Source: Eledone cirrhosa | Lineage: Eukaryota | DNA length: 64,000 nt | Assembly (NCBI GenBank): GCA_964016885.1 | Contig: OZ024740.1 | Coordinates: 333,560,001-333,624,000 of the forward strand | Reading direction: 5' to 3' | In this document: one piece after another, positions 26,889 through 38,344 of the stretch | Layout of the letters: each line of letters starts with the position of its first letter | Position numbering within the stretch: position 1 is the stretch's first letter | The notes under the pieces: model-generated | Databases searched by the model: none | What the model was told of the DNA's origin: nothing | What the model saw: the letters and a program-made list of their open reading frames with translations, nothing else | Position numbers and translations under genes: made by a program

Positions 26889-28322
26889 TCGAAATATAAT
26901 ACGTGAATGTAATAGGTAAAATCCATGGGGCTGAAAATCGAGACCCGAGGGCGACCACTATTCTGTTCCTTCAACCTCAGCCGGTCGCCCTGGAGTGACG
27001 TGGCTAAATTTTATAGTATGCTACTACCGGTCAGATAAACGAAAACAGAAAGGGATGGGAGCATAAGTTAACGTCGATCTCATGACACAAGGTAAAAGAA
27101 AGAAAGGAAGGAGAGAGAAGAAGGGGGAAGAAAGAAGAAGAGAAGCCAGGGTTAATGTCAGCTAAAAGAAGAAAGGCAACTACTACCGGTCAGATATAGG
27201 CAAGCAAGAGGGGGAAGGAAGATAAGTCGGCGGGAGGAAGACAGGAGGAGGGGAGAAGAGAAGGAAGGGAAGAGAGAAGTAGAAAAGTAAGGGTTGATGG
27301 CTACAAGAAGGAAGATAGAAAGAAAGAGGAAGAAAGGTCGATATTAATGTCAGTCCACAGTCAAGCCAGGAGTGGCGCGAGAAAATGTTCACAGGGACCC
27401 GCATCTTAGCAGAGGTGAATATATTGGGAGTCAGTGTGTTACAGTGTTTAGACTTCTAGGATGAAGTTAAAAATGTTTTAATCGCGGCGCAACCAGCTCC
27501 CTGGCGAACGAGCTCACCTGGAGTGCTTGGAAAAATAAATTTCCCCTTCTTTCAGTAAATGAAAATACTCGGCGTAGCTTAATTCGCCATGGGGCCCGGG
27601 GCGCGGCCGGTGTTTTAACCGCCACATAGTACCTTTAAATTACAGAACAAATCGGAACTATTATATAATTAAATGTTAAACTGTTGAACTTTAAATTTTC
27701 TAACCTCTTTAATATTGAATATTGATTATAAATTTTTTAACTTCATCCTAGAAGTCTAAACACTGTAACACACTGACTCCCAATATATTCCCCTCTGCTA
27801 AGATGCGGGTCCCTGTGAACATTTTCTCGCGCCACTCCTGGCTTGACTGTGGTCTGACATTAATATCGACCTTTCTTCCTCTTTCTTTCTATCTTCCTTC
27901 TTGTAGCCATCAACCCTTACTTTTCTACTTCTCTCTTCCCTTCCTTCTCTTCTCCCCTCCTCCTGTCTTCCTCCCGCCGACTTATCTTCCTTCCCCCTCT
28001 TGCTTGCCTATATCTGACCGGTAGTAGTTGCCTTTCTTCTTTTAGCTGACATTAACCCTGGCTTCTCTTCTTCTTTCTTCCCCCTTCTTCTCTCTCCTTC
28101 CTTTCTTTCTTTCGTTTACCTTGTGTCATGAGATCGACGTTAACTTATGCTCCCATCCCTTTCTGTTTTCGTTTATCTGACCGGTAGTAGCATACTATAA
28201 AATTTAGCCACGTCACTCCAGGGCGACCGGCTGAGATTGAAGGAACAGAATAGTGGTCGCCCTCGGGTCTCGATTTTCAGCCCCATGGATTTTACCTATT
28301 ACATTCACGTATTATATTTCGA

Positions 28323-28380
28323 ATACCTGATGATATCACCGGATTCATACGGAACCCGGTCATTGAAATTATCATAGTAT
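28323..28380 (+). ncRNA. Type I hammerhead ribozyme (plus arm of family C)
   Basis: ATAC-CTGATGA-..ACCGG..CCGGT..-GAAA-TTATCA-TA-GTAT, with stem I ATAC/GTAT. Confidence 0.8.
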
Positions 28381-28434
28381 AATAAACTTTTCAAGGATTT
28401 ACACAAATCCAGCCTCCTGTCATTTCATTATAAT

Positions 28435-28502
<68 letters not shown>

Positions 28503-29651
28503 CGAGTACTGTACCAAGAATAAAATATAATATAAACATCGTGAAAAAAGAAAATTAGGAATATATTTGTTTTAACTTACGTCTCTATCTGTTATAATTG
28601 TTACATACGCTGACTACAATATATATTGTTCAATCGTATTCAATACTTAATTATTTATCTCACTTCATCAAAAAGCTTATAGTTATGGAAGGGAATATTC
28701 ACTAGAGGGTATATATGAGTGTGTCAATCTGATTGTTTGCGTGTGTCTCAGTGTATATATGTATATGCAAATGTATATATATATATTCCTATATATATTC
28801 ATATATATATATGGGATAGCAGGTTATCGATACCCACTACTTCGGACCAAGGATTTATATCTCTCATTAGCACTCATGATGAACCTAATTCTAAGTACCT
28901 AATTCTAAGTACATTATGAACCTAATTGTAAGTACATTATCTTATTACTCCTACACCCCTTGAAATCTCACTTTCCTCTTATTATTCTTATTATTCTTAT
29001 TATTCTTATTATTATTATGAACATCTCAATATAGACCTAATATTATTAATCATGTTCTATATATCTACCATGCACATTTTCTACTTTACTACCTTCTATT
29101 ATTGTTGTTATCACTCTCTTATTTATACACGATTTGTTATTGATCCTGTGAAAACTAAACCCCCACGATTCGAACTAACAATCCCTACCTCTAGTATTGG
29201 CCACTTAAATAACGAATCTTCAACTCTATTTAACACCACATAAAAACTGTCATCATCACTAAATTAATCAAACGAAAATGTTTATCTGTCAAATAATAAA
29301 AAAATAAAAAGTAAATCTCCGGTTTATTGCTAGAATACCTACAGCACAGTGGATACCTCATAAATTCTGTCTCCAAGTACATCTTAGTGGTTACTGTTAT
29401 CTAGTCGCTACCCCATTACTATATCTAATGTACCCTATAGTAGTTTTCACACGTCAATTCCATACATTTGTATCATATCAGTCTGTTTAACCTGCTAGAT
29501 TCTTCATTATACTCTATATCTTACTTATATTAATGTTATTATTTTAATTGTCTGCTATCTAGTTATTTTATTTTATCATTGATATTATTATTCTGGTTTA
29601 ATACCACACTGATATAAAAACCATGCCTTATGTATTTTCCCCATTTCACCC

Positions 29652-29759
29652 GCTCCGATGAACTCGACTGGTTATAAACAAAGTATTGGAGTACGATTGG
29701 CGCATAATTAGTCGTATAGCAAACTCTAGACCTGCCAGATCAAAGAAACAATTGTCAGC
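29652..29759 (+). ncRNA. Hammerhead-like motif (U4C, long stem II) near the end of a probable PLE 3' fragment
   Basis: GCT-CCGATGA...GAAA-CAATTG-TC-AGC, followed by AATAAA and then (TA)n at about 29815. Confidence 0.6.
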
Positions 29760-29812
29760 AATGTGAATAAAGCCTTTATTGTATAGCGAACCATGTCAAT
29801 CTTCTTTCTTGA

Positions 29813-29876
<64 letters not shown>

Positions 29877-31654
29877 TGAGTCTGTGTTGGTGTCTGTGTT
29901 GGTGTCTGTGTCTGTGTTAGTGAGTATGTTGTGCCTGTGTATCTTTACATATAGCTGACTGTGAACTTTAAAAAACAACAACTTCGAGAATTAGCAATGT
30001 ATGGATATTATATTCATTCCGAAAATATCTAAATCAGGAGTAAAGAAAATTGTTTTTTTTACCAATATTCCAAAGACTCCAAATAAACTTAATAACATGC
30101 AGACTTGTATGCATTTAGTCTAAATGAAATATATGTCTAATTGAACACGCAATTCCCATTTTCATGTTTCATTGATTATATCTCTTTTAAAATTATTTAC
30201 TGTGTCCACCTTTCTCCGAAATTTTTCTTTTATTCAATAGGAAGCATTTGACCATATATTTTACTCAGGTGAATTATCAAGATTCCCCATTAGATTAAGA
30301 TTTTACACTATCGTAATAATCTGGTATCACCTAATAGGAATCTAGAATAATATATATTCATTCAGATGTTTGACACATATTTATTTACAGTGTGACGGGA
30401 TAATGTATCCAACGGAAAAGTGTAACTGTAGTACAGCATTCACATCCGAAGGACACAGAATGTTAATATATAAAACAACGTAAAAGAGGTGTACTGAGCA
30501 GTTAGATTTAAATAATAAGTAGTGGGAAATTACATATTTCAACCATTCTATTTTTTATGGCAACTAAAGAAAAACATAATAATTATGTTTTTTGACACAA
30601 GGAAGAAGACGAGGAGAAAAAGAGGAGGAGGAGGAGGAGGAGGAGGAGGAAGAAGAGAAGAAGAAGAAGAAGAAGAAGAAATGTGGCTATTCTCTTCGCT
30701 CCATGAACTAATGTCCTTTACGAAGCTTGTTTTTGATTGATATAAATATAAAACGGCATGAATTTGAAACCAAAAATAATTATCTCTATCGTCATCATCA
30801 CTGTAATAATTACTATTGACATCTTAATTATTCAGTTAAATGTGATAGATTGCATAACAGATGTATCTCTTGTGTACAATTTGAAAAATATATAACATAA
30901 CCTTCCAACCTCATTTGATTGTCAAAAAGACACCAAAACCAACAAAAGTTTCAATTTCGAACATCTTTTTCCACCTTAATTATCCCTTCTCGTATTAAAG
31001 AAATTGTTGTATTATTATATTTAATTGAAAGTCCTCCGTGTGTAAATTCTAATTACTATGAAGCATTTATATCTTAATGAATGAAATTGAAACGCTTGTG
31101 AAGAGAACAGAAGATATGACTGCACTACGTGATGCCGTATTTATAACACTTATTCATATAACTTTTGTTTCAATGCTTTCACACTGATTAAATGTATTTT
31201 ATTTATTTTCGTCCTATAATTTTGAAATTGAGAAGCTTTCATTATATCATTTTTCATTTAAGAGTAAATTGCTCTGCTTTGTAATTTCCGGTTTTAATTA
31301 GTAAATTCATAATTAAACTGAAATAAGCACGACGTAATTAATTTGATATGCGGAAGATTTTGTTGCAATTTTGCTCTTGTGAAATAACTGTTTTTTCGAG
31401 AGAAACTATATAAACTTATAAATATATGTTCTTCTGGTTTTATAATTTCACAAATGTTTTCCCAATAGAGAGAGAGTCGGTTTCTAACATAGACACAAGA
31501 CTCTCTCATTGGAATTTACACAACATCAACTAGGTAGGTATGTATGTATGCATGCATGTGTAGATATGGATGTTATTGTATGTGTGGATGTGTATATTTT
31601 GAGTTGTATGTGTGCATATGTATATGCTTTGTATCTATACATGTGTATATGCAG

Positions 31655-33213
31655 TTATTAGATGTAAAATATTTTGAATGTTTTACATAATTTTACTGTT
31701 CCATGAATGGAGTGTACCTGTAATTTCCTAACTAGTTGTGTTCTTTCTTTTCCTGTGAAGCCTAGCGTCTCAAGATTTGTGTTGAGTCAGTTACTAACAT
31801 ACCCCAGTGCCCCAATAATCACATGCATAAATCTGAAGGATTATTCAGGGTGGAGTATGTGCAGATTTCTCATCAGTTTTGCATAAATATTCTCCTTTTC
31901 GCTAATCATTGATATTATATTGGCATCTGCTGGGCAGCTAATTTCCACTACTGTGCATGCTTTCTACTCCCTGTCCCATATGATAATATCGGTCTGATAT
32001 ATCTGCATTTTATTGGGGTTTTTACTGGAACATTCCACCATTACTCTTTCATATTATATACGTGAATGTCTTCCACATTGCTGTAGCTTTTAACGTGTTT
32101 ATTATCGGGGCTATATTTTTCACGAACTGTATTATACAGTGTTTTGGCCACTACATCATGCCTCATAGGTAAATAGTATCGCGATGACATCTTTGGACAG
32201 CTGCTGATGACATGGGTGATATCTTCGATGTTAGTTCTGCAGAGTCTGCACTTGTTATCACATCTAGGTGTTTTGCCTGCATCCCTATCTCTTTTGTGAA
32301 TCAGGTATTTCGTGTTAATCTCCTGTTCTTGGATTGCAAAAGCGTATCCTTCAAAGTGGGAGCTAATATAGCGGTTGTTGGTCCAAGATAGACTACTTTC
32401 CTTATCTATATTACTCTCACTCTGGAGCTTCCTGGCAACATATCCATGCATGATTTATTGCTGATAAGCAAACAGTTTTTCATCCATGGATTCACTGCGA
32501 TACTGCTGAGCGACTTCCCTGGGTGTGAGTTTTTGATTATCACACAGGGAATATCTCTCGAGGAGTTCCTTCCCAACTCTCATGATCTTGTCTGATTCAT
32601 TTAGATAGACTTGTTCGAGAGACAGGCTCCTACGCTTCGAGGTGTGTAGATGTTGTCGGAGAGATATGCTGCGACATTCAAATGGTGTCTGGACTGATGT
32701 TAGGCCTCTGCCTCCCTGCTTACGTTTCAAGTAAAGGCGGTCTATGTCACTGTTGATGTGAAAGTTTCCGGTGTTGTTTAGTATTTGTCGAGTTCTAACA
32801 TCAACTGCTCGGATTTCGTCTATCGTCCAACTGAGTATTCCAAACGTTGGTGTTACGATAGCCACTGTTTTGTTTTGCGCAGAGAGTTCCGATGTCCAAA
32901 TCTTTCTTAATTGGGTGTAGTATTCCCTGTTTACGCGTTCCTTATTACAGATACCCTTATAGGATATGTTCTTATCTATCCCCAGGTATCTGTAGCAGTC
33001 CTCATCAGATATCGGTGAAACAGTTAGGCCATTGATGACAATGTTGCGAGATTGAGTTGTTGTTTTTCCCTGTTTTACAGTAAGGTATAAGCATTTATAT
33101 TTGACAAACTCCATTCCTATATCCTTTGAGAACCTTGTAACCAGGTCAAGATTTTTCTTCATCCCATCCATGTTCTTAGCATAGAGTTTCAGATCGTCAA
33201 CAAAGAAATTATT
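31655..33213 (-). mobile_element. 5'-truncated R4/Dong-like LINE (RT C-terminus, CCHC, RLE)
   Basis: FFVDDLKLYA, YRYLG, DIDRLYLKRKQGGRGL, AIQEQEINTK, CRLCRTNIEDITHVISSC, RHD and VEISCPAD. Confidence 0.9.
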
Positions 33214-33297
33214 TATGTATGTATGTATGTATGTATGTATGTATGTATGTATGTATGTATGTATGTATGTATGTATGTATGTATGTATGTATGTATA

Positions 33298-33682
33298 TCA
33301 AGGCAGAATTCTAGGAGAAGGAAAACTCAGATATAACACCTGCAACCCTGATTGTATCCAATGATGTTGACTTGTTCTTCTTTTTGGTAAATATCATCTT
33401 GGTTAAGAGAGTGGGACTGGCTTTGTGCAGTGCATTTGCTCACTATAAAAGCTTCACGACACAGGCATTGCTTTATATCTGGAGATCTCTCTGCACTTGT
33501 CGTCACATGGTACCATGGGCCCAGCACTATGTGTCAATAATTGTCACAAGTGTAGTGTTTGTACCAGTTTTGAAGTCGCTGGCTGGACTAAAAAGTCACA
33601 CTCGTTCAGCCCATCGGTAGGGGTTCTCCTACATGGATATAAAGTAGTAGCCGTACTCGAAAACGAGTTGGCAGCCACCATG
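33298..33682 (+). mobile_element. Short RTE-related element with a C2H2 remnant and RTE-type 3' end
   Basis: CSVC..LKSLAGLKSHTRSAH (frameshifted). The 3' end GCCGTACTCGAAAACGAGTTGGCAGCCACCAT matches 41139-41170. (TATG)n on both sides. Confidence 0.7.
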
Positions 33683-34179
33683 TATGTATGTATGTATGTA
33701 TGTATGTATGTTTGTATGTATGTATGTATGTATGTATGTATGTATGTATGTATGTATGTATGTATGTATGTGTGTATATATGCATGTAGGTAGGTATGTA
33801 TATATGATTGTGGTGGTGGTGGTGGTGGCAGTTGATTATGTGTTGTATGCGTGTTTTTTCTATTTTTTTTTTGTTTTTTTTTTATCGTTTGGCGCCGCTG
33901 TAGTAAATGTTCATTTCATTTAATTCTGAAGCTGTTGTTGCTGTAAATATTAGTGCCGGTGTTGTTGTTGTTGTAAATGTTGGGGCTGAAATCTGGTCGT
34001 TTGACTGAGTGATGTATATACACACATATACATACATATATTTATATATACACATACACATTCAACACAGAGTAGAGAGTTTGACAACAGGTCAGTGACT
34101 TTAGTCTACAAGGGTAATCACATGTGTAAAAGTAAATGTGGTAGTAGGGAGAGGGTGGTGCTCTCTTTTGTTCACTCCG

Positions 34180-34252
34180 TGGGGATGAAAGGCAAGGTTG
34201 ATCTCGGCGGGATTTAAACTCGGAGCGTGGAGGGCCATAACTTTATGCTGTA
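34180..34252 (-). mobile_element. SINE fragment of the 1451 family
   Basis: GGATGAAAGGCAAGGTTGATCTCGGCGGGATTTAAACTC. Confidence 0.7.
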
Positions 34253-34254
34253 CA

Positions 34255-37200
34255 CGAATGGCTTCAACTATACGGAAATGAGCACTTTTTGCGTGTCAGA
34301 AGATTTGCTTCTGGTCCGAATGTCACTCGATTCCTTCAAAGAAATTTGGGAGAGATTTCCTCAAGACGTGGGAACCCCAAATGTGAAACCCACATCGAGA
34401 TTTTAAAGGGGATCCCAGAAGAAACACCACCAACCATAGAGGTCTTAAACCACCCAAACTTCACCAGACCACGGGGGGTAAGTCAACCTTCCATCTCTCT
34501 TTTAGCTCTCCAACATGTCCATATTAAGAGTAGGAAGTTTAAATGTTCGCGGCCTGGGGCCACCCTGGAAGCAGAGTCGCCTGCTCAACGACCTCATACG
34601 CTGGAACTGGATGTGATTGCCATCAGCGAGACCAGTATTTCTGACACGCGCGCACTAGCCCCCATTTTCAACGACTATCAGATCTTCGCATCAGTTAGCA
34701 GGCAGGGAATGGGAGGAGGGGGGGGGCAGTGCTGTTTAGGAAAGGAGTAGATCTCGAGGTAAGGTCGATTTTCCCGGAACCGGACGGTAGGTTGGTGGTC
34801 TTGGATGTGAGCAGTAGCGAAGGTGGTGGCTTTAGACTACTGGCCGTCTACGCCCCTACAGGGGCCGGACGACTGGACTTCTTTAGGCGCCTGGAGACCT
34901 TTCTGGTTACGTCTCGCCCTTTATGGTTAGCGGGGAACTGGAACGGCATCTTAGACGAACGTTGGGATTGTGTGTGAGTAGCTGATAGGAGCGGGGGGTC
35001 CAAAAGTCTCAAGCCCCTACTCAGCCAGTTCCAACTGTCTGACAGTATCGACTATATTTCCCCAATGCGCCAGTATGGATATGGACCAACCGAGTGAGGT
35101 CATCTAGATCGTATATAGACAGGAACTTCATTAGGAAAATAGAGACAAATAGTGTAGGCTGCCCATTTTTAAAACTGTCGCCTATTCAGATCACAAATTT
35201 CTGATCTGTATGGTTGACCTAGATAAAACGCGTAGGTTGGGACCGGGTTACTGTAAACTGAACATGGTATTTCCGGCACGTAAGGCTTACAGGGACCGAG
35301 TCAACAATTTAGTTAAGCAAAAGTTGACAAGGGGATCATCAACAACAGATGGTGTGGGGCTCTCAAAAGTGAGATTAGAGTAACTTCGATAGAGTTCATC
35401 AAAGAACTAGCGTTAGAGAAAAATAGAAAGGAGGGGAGCTGGTAGTTAAATTAGACGAGGCTATTTGTAGTGACATTGCAACTGACGTGCTAACGGCGAG
35501 AATGGCACCATTTCTTCAATGCGAAACAGGAAGATTGCATTTTCAGAGCTGTTCGATGGGGCCACGTGGCGGATGCGCAGAGCGTGGAAATAAAACCACA
35601 ATTCCGTCTTTGGCAGACCGAGACGGACACGACATAAGCGATTCCAAGCGGCGTTTGAGGCCTTTCGCCAGCACTTTGCTCGGTTGTTCGGGGAGAGTGA
35701 CGAGTGAGAGAGAGTAGCGGGTTTCAGTCCCCACCTTGACGGCTTGTCGCGCATCTCAACGGTCGACGCTGAGCGCTGCGTAAGACCGATTACTTCAGCC
35801 GAAATTCAGGACGCCCTTGTCGGCTGCATGACTTGCAAGTCACCCGGTTTGGATGGCCTGCCCTACGAGCTTTACGGAAATATGCCAGACTTGTTCTACG
35901 GTGATGCTGATGAGGAAACACGAGAACAAGAGGGATACATTAGACAACTCCAGGCCCATAACTCTGCTCAACACAGAGTTTAAGATTTTGGCCAAGGTAT
36001 TAGCAAAGAGATTGGCGCTTGTCGTCTAGGATTTGGTTGGGCAGGGGCAAACTTGCGCAATCTCTTCCAAGGTCCATACACGACAATTCCCACCTCATGC
36101 GATGCATCATAGAGAGGGTAGGGTGTAAACCTGGCTTCAGTGGGGAACTCATCAATTTAGATCAATCGAAAGCATTCGATAGGGTCGACTATCGGTATCT
36201 GGAGTTTGTCATCAAAGCGCCTGCCTTCGGCCCTGTATTCAGAAGCTGGATCGCTGCAATGCATAGTGGCACACGCTCAGTGGTCATGGTTAAAGTGCAC
36301 CTCTCGGAACCATTTAGGCTCTCCCGATCTGTCCGTCAAGAGTGCCCTCTCTCTTCCCTTCTGTACGTATTGACTCTCGAGCATTTACTGCGGGAGCTGG
36401 AGATGTTGCAGGGCATCCCGCTCGAACCGGGACGTGGAAAGGCGGTGTCGGACCCCTCTGAAATCGAGGTGGTCGGCACCTTATTGAAGGAATATGAAAG
36501 GTTGACAGAGGTCAAACTTAACCCGGAAAAGTCGATGGGCTTGCAGCTCTGAACCTGGAGAGGCAAGCCTATGCCGTCCAATAGCCCCGCGGGGCACTGG
36601 ACAGTCGAACCGGTAAAGTTTCTCGGGGTTTGATTCGGACCAGACCTCCAGGTGGAAAAGTATTTGTACGAGGTAACGAACAGAGAGGCCAGTCTCACCC
36701 AAAAATGTGCTGGGAGGAAGCTATCACTGAAAGGTCGCGCGGCAGTGACCAATGCGTACATCGCGTCTGTCATCTACTACCGCCAGACCGTCGTGCCTTG
36801 CCCGCGTCTGCGCCTCGTCAAGTTGGAACGGCGCCTCTTCAAATTCTTGTGAAGTGAACAAGTTCCGTTGGTGAGACGGTCCATCTGCTGCCAGCACCCT
36901 CTACGCGGAGGGCTCGGCATGCCGTGGCTAGTGATGCGCCGTCATGCGTTGAAGCTGCGACATCTCCAGATATTCTGCCTAAACGGTGAACAGGTGTGGT
37001 CGCCGTTTATCAGACGGGTCTTTCCGCAGCTCGTTTCTTTGACTGATATGCAGTCCTGGGTCAAGAAGAGACCAAGACTGGGTGACCGGCACCTGGAAGG
37101 TTGCCAGGCACTCACTTCCGTCTACCAAGCGGGCAATGCGATCAGTGGAACTCCCACTCTCGTGTTCTATAGAGGATTAGTGGTGGGCAAGTTCGACGAC

Positions 37201-38052
37201 GCACTCGGAGAAGCTTTGGGCCTCGACGAAGTCGAACTGACCAGTCTGTACCGGAGGACTTTCGAGCCGGGTACGATGGACAATTTCCATAAATCCTTCG
37301 CCTGGCAGTGCTACCGGAGGGCTCTGCCGGTTCGGAATAAACTCTATAGGCACGGAAGTGCTGTCAGATGGACCTGCCCAAGATGCGCACAGAACGACGA
37401 AACCATTTTGCACGCACTCGTCCAGTGTCCGTGCATTACTGACATGTGGAGTTATGTCGAACAGCTACATTCGCATGTGGAACAAATTCGGCTATTGGCC
37501 GAGTCCATAGTGAAGATCGACCCGCCACCTTCCTTATTTCAGGAAGAGCAGGAAATTTTCCTCTGTCTGGTGGCCGTTGCGAAAGAGGTAATATGGTGGA
37601 CCAGATTAAAAGGACTGAAGACAGACACATCTCTCTACGGTCAATCCCTCATCAACTTGGAAAGGAAGGTGAGGATGGAGAGAGAAATGCTGCCCACCAG
37701 TACATTTGCTAAAAGGTGGATGAATGTGGCGAATATAGCCCGTGTGAATGGGCCTACTCTGACCATACGCCTATAGGCTATCTAACTTGAGCAGAGGGGT
37801 GCTCTCCCTGAGGGCCCTAGAAGCGCAGGGTCGTTCAGGGTTGGTGGGGTACATGAGTCACCCCAGAGTCCACCTCCTATCGGGTAATTTATTTTGTTAT
37901 ATTTATGCATAGTTTATTTTGTATTTTTGATATCTATATTGTTAAATTAGTCTTGGGAATTGTGCACTTTTACTCGACCTTATTGTAAATCCCCACTGTC
38001 CCTGTCATTGTATTGTCGCCTACATGTCGGCCCTTGTGGTTAATAAATGCAT

Positions 38053-38056
<4 letters not shown>
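34255..38056 (+). mobile_element. L1/Tx1-like LINE: APE endonuclease, RT and C-terminal Zn finger, decayed
   Basis: VGSLNVRGL, LDVIAISET, AVYAPT, AGNWNGI, SDHK, KSPGLDGLPYE, LDQSKAFDRVD, VRQECPLS, GGLGMP and CPRCAQNDETILHALVQC. Ends with AATAAA and an (ATT)n tail. Confidence 0.9.
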
Positions 38057-38088
<32 letters not shown>

Positions 38089-38300
38089 GGGCGGTGGATT
38101 GGCAGTATCGGTAGAGGGTCGGACGCCATGCTTTCCAGCATAGTTACGTCCCTTTACGATCTGAGTTCAAATCCCGCCAAGGTTGACTTTGCCTTTCATC
38201 CTTACGGGGTCGATAAAATAAAGTACCAGTAATGCACTGAGTAATTGCTGGCTTTGTGCTTAAAGTAGAAACAATTATTATTATTATTATTATTGTTACT
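38089..38300 (+). mobile_element. tRNA-derived SINE (1451 family)
   Basis: Full head (A and B boxes) and body, inserted in (TTA)n. Confidence 0.88.
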
Positions 38301-38344
38301 ATTATTATTCATTTTTTTTCTTTCTCCCCAATTCAATGATGTTC

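Larger units (their letters stand above)
26638..28437 (-). mobile_element. Large fold-back PLE-end element (family C) with ~700-bp inverted arms
   Basis: About 26775-27477 is a near-perfect inverted copy of 27735-28437 (identical ORF translations at 27183 and 27803). Spacer of about 255 bp. Tail 26638-26775 is homologous to 50525-50663. Confidence 0.9.

Noticed and set aside
33595-33680. HDV-like ribozyme on the minus strand
   Set aside because: No valid P3/L3/P1.1. The segment is better explained as the plus-strand RTE 3' end.
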